64,000 nucleotides of DNA from an uncultured Veillonellaceae bacterium (GCA_963805085.1 CAWDTA010000005.1:771464-835463), one strand, 5' to 3'; shown: positions 21,789 through 31,614, numbered from the stretch's first letter. Numbers and translations: made by a program. The notes: generated by a model from the sequence alone, not told the origin.

Positions 21789-22604
21789 ATGAGTAGTGAT
21801 TTGCATATTCATACGTCAGCTTCTGATGGGAGATTATCTCCTAGAAAAGTAATTGAAGAGGCAAAAGCTGTTGGCTTACATTATATTGCCATTACAGATC
21901 ATGATACAGTAAAGGGCTTACTTCAATTACAAAAAGAGCATTTATTTCCCAATGAGGAGATTACGATTATTCCTGGTATTGAATTTAGTGCGCATATGCC
22001 CAAACATGAAGTTCATATATTAGGCTTAAATATTGATATTTCAAATAAAGTATTGCAAGAAAATCTACAAAAAATTGTGGATTGTCGTTGGCGCAGATTT
22101 GACATTATGTTAGAAAAGATAAATTTACTCGGATATGCCGTTGGTAAAGAAGATGTACTAGCGATTGCAGCTAGTACAGAATCGATTGGTAGAGCGCACA
22201 TTGCGCGTGCTTTAGTGGAAAAAGGCTTTTTTAAGAGTGTCGGCGAAGTATTTGAAAAATTACTATATAAAGATGGCCCGGCGTATGCACCGCATTATAA
22301 GTTAGGGGTTGCAAAGATTATTGAGTTAGTTCATAATGCGAATGGTCAGGCGGTGATTGCGCATCCGGGACTCATTGGCAATGACGATATTGTACGACAA
22401 GTGATAAAAAGTGGAATTGACGGTTTAGAAGTATATCATCCGAAACATGCAGCAGAAGAGATACAAAAATATCAAAATCTAGCTAAGGAAAATCAAATCA
22501 TCATGACAGGTGGTTCCGATTTTCATGCAATTCCTAAACGTTATCCAAATAAATTAGGTATATTTACAGTAGATGATAAGTATGCATTACAATTTATAAA
22601 ATAA
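21789..22604 (+). CDS. PHP-domain metal-dependent phosphoesterase (TrpH/YciV-like)
   Basis: DLHIHTSASDG, AITDHD, HILG, AHPG, GGSDFH. Confidence 0.9.
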   Translation: MSSDLHIHTSASDGRLSPRKVIEEAKAVGLHYIAITDHDTVKGLLQLQKEHLFPNEEITIIPGIEFSAHMPKHEVHILGLNIDISNKVLQENLQKIVDCRWRRFDIMLEKINLLGYAVGKEDVLAIAASTESIGRAHIARALVEKGFFKSVGEVFEKLLYKDGPAYAPHYKLGVAKIIELVHNANGQAVIAHPGLIGNDDIVRQVIKSGIDGLEVYHPKHAAEEIQKYQNLAKENQIIMTGGSDFHAIPKRYPNKLGIFTVDDKYALQFIK

Positions 22605-22659
22605 ATTCATATAGATCACCTAAAAATAAAATGATATCTATAGGTTGGAGGAGTCGGAA

Positions 22660-23493
22660 ATGGAAGTTATGGCTCTCGTAGGTCAAAGTGGAACAGGAAA
22701 AAGTCACCGTGCTTTAATCGTGGCACATGAATATAAAGCAGATGCAATTATTGATGACGGTATTTTAATTCAAGATGGTAAAATTGTTGCCGGACATTCT
22801 GCTAAAAGAGAAGCAAGTAAAATCATGGCGGTTAGAAGAGCAATTTTTTCTATTCCAGGTCATGCTGAAGAAGTGAAACAGGCAATAAAGGAAAAGAGTC
22901 CTAGACGCATTTTGGTATTGGGAACTTCAGAAAATATGGTGCACAAAATTGCAAAAATATTGGGATTAACTGCGATTAAAAAAATTATTCGGATTGAAGA
23001 TATTGCAAGCAAAGAAGAAATGGAAAAAGCACGTGATTGCCGCATAAAAGAAGGAAAGCACATTATCCCAGTGCCAACAATCGAATTAAAACCACATTTT
23101 TCAGGCTATCTGATTGATCCACTAGAAATTTTCTTCAAAAAGCCACAGGCAAAACGTCGTAGATTGGGTGAAAAATCCATAGTCCGTCCAATTTTTAGTT
23201 ATTATGGAAAACTCCTGATTGATGATTCCGCGATTGCAGCCATCGTAGATAAGGTCGCGACCAATAAAGCAAATATCAGCAAAACCTCACAAGTTAGAGT
23301 TAAACGGATTCGTGAGGCTGATGAAGATAGAGGAATCGATGTTACTTTAGAAGTAACCATGCGATACGGAACCAATCTTCTTTCTACAGTATCAGAGGTG
23401 CAAAGCGAAATTAAAATCGCTGTTGAACATATGACAGGAATGATTGTAAAACAAGTCAATGTAGTAGTAAAAACACTTACTGTTGGTGCATGA
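22660..23493 (+). CDS. P-loop NTPase-like protein with C-terminal Asp23/Gls24 domain
   Basis: GQSGTGKS Walker A; C-terminal YG..L..VQ..IK.AVEHMTGM.V..VNV. Confidence 0.75.
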   Translation: MEVMALVGQSGTGKSHRALIVAHEYKADAIIDDGILIQDGKIVAGHSAKREASKIMAVRRAIFSIPGHAEEVKQAIKEKSPRRILVLGTSENMVHKIAKILGLTAIKKIIRIEDIASKEEMEKARDCRIKEGKHIIPVPTIELKPHFSGYLIDPLEIFFKKPQAKRRRLGEKSIVRPIFSYYGKLLIDDSAIAAIVDKVATNKANISKTSQVRVKRIREADEDRGIDVTLEVTMRYGTNLLSTVSEVQSEIKIAVEHMTGMIVKQVNVVVKTLTVGA

Positions 23494-23501
23494 TAAAAAG
23501 A

Positions 23502-23544
23502 AATAACAAATATCCCCGGCTATGCCGGGGATATTTGTTATTTT
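23502..23544. terminator. Bidirectional terminator at the boundary of core region and tail element
   Basis: AATAACAAATATCCCCGGC-tat-GCCGGGGATATTTGTTATT. Confidence 0.9.
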
Positions 23545-23633
23545 ATATAGTTCATCTAGTTGATTTAAATATTTTTTTCTTCAGATAAATCAACTAATTC
23601 TGCTAGATAATCGACGGTATCAGTTATTGTATA

Positions 23634-24056
23634 TTATTTAATACTGCTAATAAGATTTAATTTTATATTTATAAGTTCGCTAGTTACGCAAAAAAATTCC
23701 GCTAATTCACAAGTTGTATGTATCCCATTTTGTATAGCTATTTTTAAATCTTTATCATCGATTAAATAATTTGCAGCCTAGCGTAGTGCTTTATATTCGA
23801 CTTTGCTTACATAAAGTCTATTACTATGATTGTAAAATTTTCTAGGAATACAGTCACCTATCGTTGTAAAATGGTGCCCGAGTTCTTCAGCCATAATAGA
23901 TCGAAGAAGCGTCTTATTCTCTTTCAAGGATTTATCTAGCCCAATAACAGGAGGCATGTCAACACCCACAAAATATATGCCTTTTATCGGAGCGAGAAAA
24001 TCGAAAAAGTGGATTTTTATTTTAGATTCATTTGCTAATATAAACATATTATTCAT
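23634..24056 (-). pseudogene. ImmA/IrrE-family metallopeptidase (antirepressor) with in-frame TAG
   Basis: AEELGHH zinc motif; EYKALR*AANYLI with TAG at 23778-23780, then 47 more family-like codons (ELAEFFCVT) to TAA at 23634. Confidence 0.85.
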
Positions 24057-24133
24057 AACATCACATCACATTCATACGAAAAAAGTCGAAACATGTCGAA
24101 AGATATTAAAAGACATAAAACCTACAACTAATA

Positions 24134-24481
24134 TCACTTAGTTGTAGGTTTTTTTTGATATTTAAGACGCATTAATTCTATAAATTCTTCAACGCGTTCT
24201 ATAGCTTCAGGCGGTAGATCATCCATAAGATTATCCTGGCGGTGGAGAGCTATAGTACTTATCTCTGTTTTAATATTCGATTGACTGAGCAAGTAATCAA
24301 TTGAAACATGAAAAAAATCAGAAAAATCTTTTAATGCTGAAACTTCTGGGGTTCTTTTATCGTTCTCAAATTGAGAAATAGCAGCAGCAGTATAAGATCT
24401 ATTATATTCATGATTAAATTGTTGCCTGAATTTTTCTTGTGTCAATTTAAGCTCTAATCTTAATTCTTTAAAACGTGACAA
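24134..24481 (-). CDS. Xre/ImmR-type HTH repressor
   Basis: RFKELR..LKLTQ..AAISQFENDKRTP..FFHVSIDYLL; TTG start after GGAGGTG; upstream of immA. Confidence 0.9.
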   Translation of the reverse strand: MSRFKELRLELKLTQEKFRQQFNHEYNRSYTAAAISQFENDKRTPEVSALKDFSDFFHVSIDYLLSQSNIKTEISTIALHRQDNLMDDLPPEAIERVEEFIELMRLKYQKKPTTK

Positions 24482-24502
24482 AATTATCACCTCCGTTAAT
24501 AA

Positions 24503-24650
24503 ATTATACCATTAAATAAACTTAAATGATATTACTATTTAAGTTTATTTAATGAATAAAAGCATTGACAATTAACTCAAATGATAATAAAATAAATTTA
24601 ACTTAAAAAGAAATAAAAAGGTTGGTTTTATTAGTATTTATTAACTTAAA
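24503..24650. promoter_or_regulatory. Divergent promoters and operator of the genetic switch
   Basis: Leftward TGgTATAAT (24503-24511); rightward TTGACA-N17-TAAAAT (24565-24593); perfect 18-bp inverted repeat 24510-24527/24537-24554; TTAACTYAAA half-sites at 24572, 24598, 24641. Confidence 0.75.
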
Positions 24651-24693
24651 AGGAATTGATACTTGTATTAGGGTTATAGGAGGTGAAAAAGGA

Positions 24694-24789
24694 ATGAAAA
24701 AAATCAATGTTTTTACCCAAAGAGAATATAAATTCTTAGGGATTGTAGTAGTTTTATTTTTCCTAGTCGGGATGTGGATGGCAAAATAA
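24694..24789 (+). CDS. 31-aa membrane peptide (not in ORF track)
   Basis: GGAGGTG RBS; MKKINVFTQREYKFLGIVVVLFFLVGMWMAK. Confidence 0.6.
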   Translation: MKKINVFTQREYKFLGIVVVLFFLVGMWMAK

Positions 24790-24815
24790 TATAAAGATAA
24801 AAGGAGATATGTCAG

Positions 24816-25145
24816 ATGGATGATAGCAAATTTAAATATTTACAAAATAAAGTTGAAAAAGTAAATAAAATACATACGGAAATGGAAAATATTAAAAATA
24901 CGATAAAGTTTCTTTTTAAAATAAATGATGGTGAACAACTCTGTATGGATATTAGTTTTAGTATTACAGGAGATATGCATATATATTCTATTAAAGGAAT
25001 GGGTTCTGAAATGCTATATAATGCTATGAAGGGGCATCTTCTATATGAATTAATAGATCGGCTTGATGAATTGCAAAAGAAATATCAAGATTTACTGGGG
25101 GAAGTAGAATATGGACTTACTAAAAAAATTCATAAGTATATTTAA
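24816..25145 (+). CDS. Hypothetical phage early protein
   Basis: AGGAG RBS; 109 aa; no motif recognised. Confidence 0.65.
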   Translation: MDDSKFKYLQNKVEKVNKIHTEMENIKNTIKFLFKINDGEQLCMDISFSITGDMHIYSIKGMGSEMLYNAMKGHLLYELIDRLDELQKKYQDLLGEVEYGLTKKIHKYI

Positions 25146-25352
25146 TTAGATTTTGATAGAAATAATTGAGGGATTATAAATGAAAAAAAGATTTTAATTC
25201 ACGATAAGATTGATGCTATTTGAATCCATTTATAAAGGCAGTAAGAACGATACTTAAAGCAGCAGAGTTTGAAATAGTTGGACCAATAGCTTTGAAAATA
25301 TAGATGAGAAAATATTTGTCTTATATATTAGGCATTTACGGGGGGATCGATT

Positions 25353-25847
25353 TTGAAAGAATACAGCGATTATGCAGGAATTGTTAAAAGATATTTACAA
25401 AATTACAATCAGCTTAAAGTTACTGTTCTTAATTTAGAGGATGAAAAAAATGCTAAGATAAAGATGCTCGAAGAATATTCTATACCAATAGCGAAGTATG
25501 GAGAGCAGACCGGCGCTAAAACAGTAGAACTAAATCAAACGGAAGCTGCTGCAGATCGACGCTTAAAGATAAAAGAAGAAATTGAAACAGCTAATACAGA
25601 TATAATGGAGATTAAGCGTTTGCTCGGTAAATTAGATAGAGCAATAAATGGACTTATTGATGTTGAACATAGACTTATTGTTGGTTATTTCATTGAAGGT
25701 AAAAGTTGGCGTGATCTTGGGATAGAAATGTATTATACGGAAAAATGGGCACGAGAAAAAGGCAATAAAGCCATTCATAAGATTGCTTTTATGATGTTTG
25801 GTTCTGCGGCGCAATCACAAAAATTGCGATTTGTATTTTGTGGGTAG
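25353..25847 (+). CDS. ArpU/RinA-like late-gene transcriptional activator
   Basis: YLQNY N-terminus, coiled coil, sigma4-like C-terminus (AINGL..EHRLI..YFIEGKSW..LG); directly precedes the putative late promoter. Confidence 0.8.
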   Translation: MKEYSDYAGIVKRYLQNYNQLKVTVLNLEDEKNAKIKMLEEYSIPIAKYGEQTGAKTVELNQTEAAADRRLKIKEEIETANTDIMEIKRLLGKLDRAINGLIDVEHRLIVGYFIEGKSWRDLGIEMYYTEKWAREKGNKAIHKIAFMMFGSAAQSQKLRFVFCG

Positions 25848-25881
25848 ATTTAGACAGTAAAATAACAGCTTTTTATTTCTT

Positions 25882-25972
25882 TTTACTTCCGGTTTTTGCT
25901 TAAATAAAGAGCTATAATAATATCATCAAAAGTTTATAGGTAAACCGCTTACAAATAGATGTAGGCGGTTTT
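25882..25972 (+). promoter_or_regulatory. Putative late promoter/leader, copy 1
   Basis: TTTACTTCCG box 31 bp before TATAAT (25913), then TATCATCAAAAGTTTATAG and hairpin AAACCGCTTAC..GTAGGCGGTTT; repeated at 31025. Confidence 0.7.
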
Positions 25973-26163
25973 CATATTTTATAAGCTTCAACTAAAGTCA
26001 TATTTGATTTGAAGCAAAGCTTCATTTGAAATTTTATTAATTTTAATATGAATGGGATGGAGCAATAGAAATCTATTTGTGATATCCAATGTGCGGTGTG
26101 GTATATATCCGTATAAATAAGAAAACTATATGCTATTTGAAATAGGTAAGAGGAGGAAAAATA

Positions 26164-27459
26164 ATGTCAGAGGAACGTACAACAAAAAATCTAGGGATAC
26201 CACTAATTTTAGGTTCTGATTATGTGATGAAGGATAAGATCAATGACTCAATAAAAACCATTGATAATGTTGTTTTATCCCAGAGCCATGCGGACAGCAA
26301 AGCTCACTTTGATATGTGGCAACCGAATACCGCTTATAAAAAACAAGACGTAGTTAGAACCCCAACCTGTCCGAGTTGGGGTTTTTACATGTGCATAGTT
26401 GCAGGTATATCAGCAATTGTAGAACCTCAAGGCTATGGTGAGGGTGATAGTATTACGGATGGTACAGTTACTTGGGTATTAAAGTTATTTGGCGGATCAA
26501 CATCGATCAAACATAGTGATTTAACAGGCAGAAATTTAGAAAATCAACATGAAATTAAAGCAATTACTGGATTACAAGAAGTGTTAGATTTAACAGTAAC
26601 AAAAGAAAATCTAAAAAAAGCCATTGATGATCTAATCGTGGGTGCGCCAGAAACGCTAGATACACTTAAAGAAATAGCGGATGTTTTAGCAAATGATGAT
26701 AATGCAATAGCTACAATCATGGCGAGTCTATCCGGCAAAGTGGATAAAATCGAGGGTAAAGGGCTTTCGACAAATGATTATTCTGTCTTGGATAAAGCGA
26801 AGGTTGATAAAATAACAATTACAGAAGCTATCGATTTGGATAGTTTAAATAAGCAAGCTCATATGCACAACAACAAAAATTCATTAGATAAATATGGTGA
26901 AAAAAACAATCAGCCAACCTTTAATGGAAAATTAATTCTAGGTGGGGCTTCCAATTGGACTGCAAATACCGAATATGAAATAACCATGCTTATAGTCCAT
27001 GATGGAAAACTTTATCGTTGTAGGATAAATCATGTTTCTGATGATAAATTTAAACAAATTTATTGGGAGGTGTTAAGCAGTGAAGGTGCTGATTTAAAAC
27101 AACTTACAAAATTAAGTGTTATCGCACCAGTTTCTATAGATATTCCTATAAGTTATACCAATAAATTCAGGCTTCCGCCAGTAGAAATTTTGAAATTTAA
27201 CTCACAAGGCGGTGAACAAGATCAACTATTTACAATGTATAACTTTGATAACGCAGATGCAGAGGATTTTGTTGTCGATGGGCAGAGTGCAGTGCTGTTT
27301 GATCAAATTATTTTTGATGGAGTGATGAAGAAAAATACGGAATATGAAATTAAAGTAAATAATCCAGAATTTATGGATGGAAATACGATATGTGAAAGTG
27401 ATTTTATTGATTTTTCGACTTATAAGACAATCGAAAACATACGAGGAGGTTTTTTATAA
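26164..27459 (+). CDS. Tail fibre/anchor protein, cassette A
   Basis: First ~145 aa paralogous to 51436-52581; fibre motifs GAPETLDTLKEIA and KVDKIEGKGLSTNDY; CBM5/12-like W..NT.Y modules. Confidence 0.75.
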   Translation: MSEERTTKNLGIPLILGSDYVMKDKINDSIKTIDNVVLSQSHADSKAHFDMWQPNTAYKKQDVVRTPTCPSWGFYMCIVAGISAIVEPQGYGEGDSITDGTVTWVLKLFGGSTSIKHSDLTGRNLENQHEIKAITGLQEVLDLTVTKENLKKAIDDLIVGAPETLDTLKEIADVLANDDNAIATIMASLSGKVDKIEGKGLSTNDYSVLDKAKVDKITITEAIDLDSLNKQAHMHNNKNSLDKYGEKNNQPTFNGKLILGGASNWTANTEYEITMLIVHDGKLYRCRINHVSDDKFKQIYWEVLSSEGADLKQLTKLSVIAPVSIDIPISYTNKFRLPPVEILKFNSQGGEQDQLFTMYNFDNADAEDFVVDGQSAVLFDQIIFDGVMKKNTEYEIKVNNPEFMDGNTICESDFIDFSTYKTIENIRGGFL

Positions 27460-28154
27460 TGGGAGCACCAGCAAGTAATGGAAGGTTATGTACAAAATTA
27501 AGTGAGATGTTAATTGGGGATTATATAAAATGTGAATATGTAGCATCCACTGCTAATGTAGCAGGAGAGTTTAAAAATTTAGGTTTAGAAAGTAATGAAT
27601 TGTCAGGATTATCCACTAATCCAGCTACGACAGCTAACGGATATTTATATTTTATTAAAGCAGATAAGGGATTATTAATAGCAGACAGGTTGGTACAACA
27701 GTCTATATCTGGACAAGCTTTAAAAAATAAAGGTTATTTAACTGGAACAAAGACTGATTTAGGGTTGATAAGATGTTTATCTAGAGCTGAATTTTTAAAA
27801 TATATTTCTAATTCAGACTTAAATGGAAATATTATAAGGCAAGATGTAAATGTATGGCATTGTACTGCAGGGACAGCTAGTACTAGTTTTAGAAACGTAT
27901 ATCTTCCTATCGAATTAAATACAGACAGGTCAGCGGGCTATATAAATGCATCTCTTTTTGCAGACGGAAGTTTGGTTAACACAACAGGTCTTTTTTCTAC
28001 TAGCTTAGATGGTTATGGATGGGCGACATGTCCTATATCGCAGAAGATGGGTGACACAATTATTAATTTCGGGCGTGGTAATGGGGCTTATATTTGTTTC
28101 AGACCTGCTTTAGAATACATAGATAATACAAAATCGACAAATATTTGGAAATAA
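27459..28154 (+). CDS. Putative receptor-binding accessory protein (single copy of the CEY..ADR..FRP module)
   Basis: IKCEY, FKNLG, LIADRLVQ, CFRPAL; same module is repeated in the next gene; translationally coupled. Confidence 0.6.
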   Translation: MGAPASNGRLCTKLSEMLIGDYIKCEYVASTANVAGEFKNLGLESNELSGLSTNPATTANGYLYFIKADKGLLIADRLVQQSISGQALKNKGYLTGTKTDLGLIRCLSRAEFLKYISNSDLNGNIIRQDVNVWHCTAGTASTSFRNVYLPIELNTDRSAGYINASLFADGSLVNTTGLFSTSLDGYGWATCPISQKMGDTIINFGRGNGAYICFRPALEYIDNTKSTNIWK

Positions 28155-28173
28155 TAAAAGTGTGGTGAAAAAT

Positions 28174-30891
28174 ATGGCTACTATTACGGCATTAGAAATA
28201 GTAACAGATATTAAAAATATACAACCAAATCAAGCAATATCATGTGAATATACTGCCGCAACATCAGGAGCTTTCGGAACCTTTGCTAATTTAGGAAAAG
28301 CAACTAAGGCATTCATCGATGTAACTACAAATCCGACATTTGTAGATGGATCGTTTTACTTCGTGTGTGTAGGATATACACCGGATGGAAAAATAAAATT
28401 GGTGGCCGATAGAAATATCCAAGCAAATATAGCATGGGAAGCTTTAAATACAGCAGGTTTATGTACAACGGTTCCTAGTGAAGTATCAATTGATGGTAAT
28501 TCAACAAATTACTCTATGAGGCTAATCGGATCATCTCTACAAAATGATAATACTTATAATGGTGAATATGACGCTATTATCTTAAATTACGATTTAGGAG
28601 GAAAAATAAGTAAAGGTGATTCTGAGTTTTGGTATACAAGTGTTCCGTCTTGGACGCTCAATACACCTGCATTTGCAGATGATACGCGAATAGCAACTAA
28701 TGTGGCGCAAAGAATACAACGTGGTGGAACGGCGCCTTCAACTATCACGAATATCGTATCAAGTACAGCTTCTGCAATTTGTGGGTTCAGACCGGTTTTA
28801 ATCTATGACTCAACGCCTGATGTATTTACGAGAGGGACACCAGGTTGTCCACTAGAATTAGTGAATGATATCAAAAAAATTAAGCCAGGACAGGCTATTT
28901 CATGTGAATATATTTCAACCGCCAATACATTTGGTACATTTGCTAACCTTGGAAAAGCTATAAAATCGAATCTTTCAGATTTAGCACCAGAAATGCCAGA
29001 TGGAACTTTTTACTTTATCTGCGTCGGCTATACGCCAGCAGGAAATTTAAAGCTTATTGCTGATCGTAATATTCAAGGAAAAATAGCGTGGGAAACGCTG
29101 AATAGTACGGGGCTTTGTACTAGTGCGGGAGTAAAAATCAATATTGATGCTATGGACGGTATGACGATGCGAATCCTCCATACAATTGCTGATCGACATG
29201 TGGATGCAGAAAATCATGGTGAATGGGACGAATTTATCTCTTATCATGACTTAGGTGGTATCATCGTGCCTTCGGATAGTGACGTTTGGAATTGTTTATC
29301 CACGAAATCCTGGACCTTGGCAACCTTAGCAACTGTCGATGACATAGGAACAGTAGCAGCGCCAAGCTTAAGAATTGCACGAGGGTCTCAGGATAAAAAT
29401 ATAAATCCAGTTACAATGAGTCAAAGTAAATATGACAGTAGTTCAGCGAATCAATATGTCGGCTTTAGGCCGGTTCTAATATATAATTCAACTCCCAATA
29501 TATTTACGAGAGGGACACCGGCTTGCCCGTTAGAGTTAGTTAGTGATATCAAAAAAATTAAGCCCGGACAGGCTATTTCATGTGAATATAGTGCCAAAGC
29601 AGGTGCTTTTGGTGAATTTAAGAATCTTGGAAAAGCTACAAAATCTAATCTTTCAGATTTAGCACCGGAAATAGCAGATGGCACTTTTTATTTTATATGC
29701 GTTGGCTATACGCCAGCAGGAGATTTAAAACTGGTTGCAGATCGTAATATTCAAGGAAAGATAGAATGGGAAATGCTAAATAATGCAGGGCTATGTACAA
29801 GCTCGGGACTAGAAATCAATATTGATGATATAGATGGTATGGTAATGAGAATTCCTCATACCATTGTTGACCGGCATGTGGATGCAGAGAATCACGGTGA
29901 ATGGGATGAAGTTATTTCTTATAATAACTTAGATGGTGCCATCACACCATCGGATAATGACGTTTGGAATTGTTTATCCACGAAATCCTGGACTTTGGCA
30001 ACCTTATCAACTGTTGATGACATAGGAACAGCAGCAGCGCCAAGTTTAAGAATCGCACGAGGTTCTCAGGACAAAAATGTAATTAGAATGAGTCAAAGCA
30101 AATATGATAGTAGTTCGGCTAATGAATATGTCGGTTTTAGACCAGTTTTAACTGTAAAAAGAGAAAGTCGTTTTTTATATTTAAAAGAGGATAATAGTTG
30201 TTATAAAGTTGTAAATGATGTTTTGACCAAGGTGAGCGAAGATTGGTCTGCGCTTACAGACGCGGACAAACAAAATTTATTTAAGTCTGGCGAGCAAAGT
30301 ATTGCAAAAGCAACTGCTTTGAAACCATTGCAAAAATTTAAAATTCTTGCCTATACATTGGGCAAAGAGGAACGAGCAACATTAAAAATTTCAGCTGTAC
30401 CTTTCGATAAAATACTCTTTCCTGTAGGACTTTTGCCTATTGATAGTTTTGAAGGAATTGACAAGGTATCTATAAAGGGGAAATTCTCTGGCAAGGGAAA
30501 ATGTAAAGTGCTCGTTACCACAGATTTGACGCATTATAAAACATTGAAAGATGGGATATGGCAAAATATTGACCCTACCAATATTGCTGCGGTAAAAAGT
30601 GATGGGATTGATACACAAACGATTTCGTCCATTACTCGAAGTGAGTGGGATGCATTAACGACAGAAGAAGTAGGAATTGGATTTGCCTATTTGCCGATGA
30701 TTGAAAGTATAAGTGACCAGTGTGAAATAGATGAGCTTATTATGCAAGTTGACATGAAAGGTAGCTGGGATATGGCAATGCCAGGCACAGATTATACATA
30801 CGGGTATCCGCGCAATAACGTTTTGCGTGTTAAATTATTAACCAACGGAGATTATAAAATAAATTATAGCCAAGGTGTAATTGAGCTTTAA
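28174..30891 (+). CDS. Large putative receptor-binding protein with three tandem ~220-aa modules
   Basis: Three repeats of LE.V.DIK.I.P.QAISCEY...ADRNIQ...GFRPVL plus a C-terminal domain resembling part of 53485-55581. Confidence 0.65.
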   Translation: MATITALEIVTDIKNIQPNQAISCEYTAATSGAFGTFANLGKATKAFIDVTTNPTFVDGSFYFVCVGYTPDGKIKLVADRNIQANIAWEALNTAGLCTTVPSEVSIDGNSTNYSMRLIGSSLQNDNTYNGEYDAIILNYDLGGKISKGDSEFWYTSVPSWTLNTPAFADDTRIATNVAQRIQRGGTAPSTITNIVSSTASAICGFRPVLIYDSTPDVFTRGTPGCPLELVNDIKKIKPGQAISCEYISTANTFGTFANLGKAIKSNLSDLAPEMPDGTFYFICVGYTPAGNLKLIADRNIQGKIAWETLNSTGLCTSAGVKINIDAMDGMTMRILHTIADRHVDAENHGEWDEFISYHDLGGIIVPSDSDVWNCLSTKSWTLATLATVDDIGTVAAPSLRIARGSQDKNINPVTMSQSKYDSSSANQYVGFRPVLIYNSTPNIFTRGTPACPLELVSDIKKIKPGQAISCEYSAKAGAFGEFKNLGKATKSNLSDLAPEIADGTFYFICVGYTPAGDLKLVADRNIQGKIEWEMLNNAGLCTSSGLEINIDDIDGMVMRIPHTIVDRHVDAENHGEWDEVISYNNLDGAITPSDNDVWNCLSTKSWTLATLSTVDDIGTAAAPSLRIARGSQDKNVIRMSQSKYDSSSANEYVGFRPVLTVKRESRFLYLKEDNSCYKVVNDVLTKVSEDWSALTDADKQNLFKSGEQSIAKATALKPLQKFKILAYTLGKEERATLKISAVPFDKILFPVGLLPIDSFEGIDKVSIKGKFSGKGKCKVLVTTDLTHYKTLKDGIWQNIDPTNIAAVKSDGIDTQTISSITRSEWDALTTEEVGIGFAYLPMIESISDQCEIDELIMQVDMKGSWDMAMPGTDYTYGYPRNNVLRVKLLTNGDYKINYSQGVIEL

Positions 30892-31024
30892 GAATCATTA
30901 CAGAAGCTATTTTTATAAATCATGTGTGGAGTAACTGTAAAATTTCAGTTGTTATCGAAATAAAGAGTATCATTAAGGCTATTTGGCAGTAAAAAAACAG
31001 CACTTTTAAGGTTTTTTCGTTCGG

Positions 31025-31114
31025 TTTACTTCCGTTTTTTTAGTTATCGAGGTGTTATGATAGTATCATCAAAAGTTTATAGATAAACCACTTACAAGAT
31101 ACGTAGGTGGTTTT
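31025..31114 (+). promoter_or_regulatory. Putative late promoter/leader, copy 2
   Basis: TTTACTTCCG 31 bp before TATGAT (31056, extended TG), TATCATCAAAAGTTTATAG, hairpin AAACCACTTAC..GTAGGTGGTTT. Confidence 0.7.
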
Positions 31115-31233
31115 GTTTTTTAGGACTGACTATAGATTTTTAATAGTAGCAGCTCAAGGAGGAATGCGGAGCAATAAAATTCATTTAGTTAAGTGGCTAG
31201 TTAAAATATTTAAAACAAAGGAGGTATACCTAC

Positions 31234-31614
31234 TTGAATTTAGATGCGAAACAAAAGCTATTGTTAGCGATTTATATTGAATATCAAAAAGATATCCCCG
31301 ATATGGGTTTACTATCTAATGCAATATTAGATATGGATGAGAAGTCCTTTCGGGTTGCTTTAAATAAATTACAGAGCGAAAGTCTAATCTCGGGGACGAA
31401 ACTTCATTTTATGAGAAATGATCCTTATCCAAATGCGGAAAATACACAGTTTGTTCAGATGACGCGAGAAGGAATTGAATTTGCAGAAGAAAAAATGAAA
31501 ATTGATAAATTTTTATCTGGCAAAGAGAAACTTGAAGTATTGCAAGGAAAATTTAGTGATTTAGGTTGGACAGCATTAAGTGATTCTGTAAATAAGGCTT
31601 TAGCTGAAATGTGA
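31234..31614 (+). CDS. YjcQ-like winged-helix protein
   Basis: AIYIEYQK, FRVALNKLQSESLISG, MTREGIEF; AAGGAGGT RBS, TTG start. Confidence 0.55.
   Translation: MNLDAKQKLLLAIYIEYQKDIPDMGLLSNAILDMDEKSFRVALNKLQSESLISGTKLHFMRNDPYPNAENTQFVQMTREGIEFAEEKMKIDKFLSGKEKLEVLQGKFSDLGWTALSDSVNKALAEM

Noticed and set aside
28174-30160. Diversity-generating retroelement (GFRP-ending repeats plus an RT in the window)
   Set aside because: Repeats are in-frame coding duplications differing mainly at synonymous positions, not adenine-specific; no template repeat or avd seen; the RT is a group II intron maturase 32 kb away
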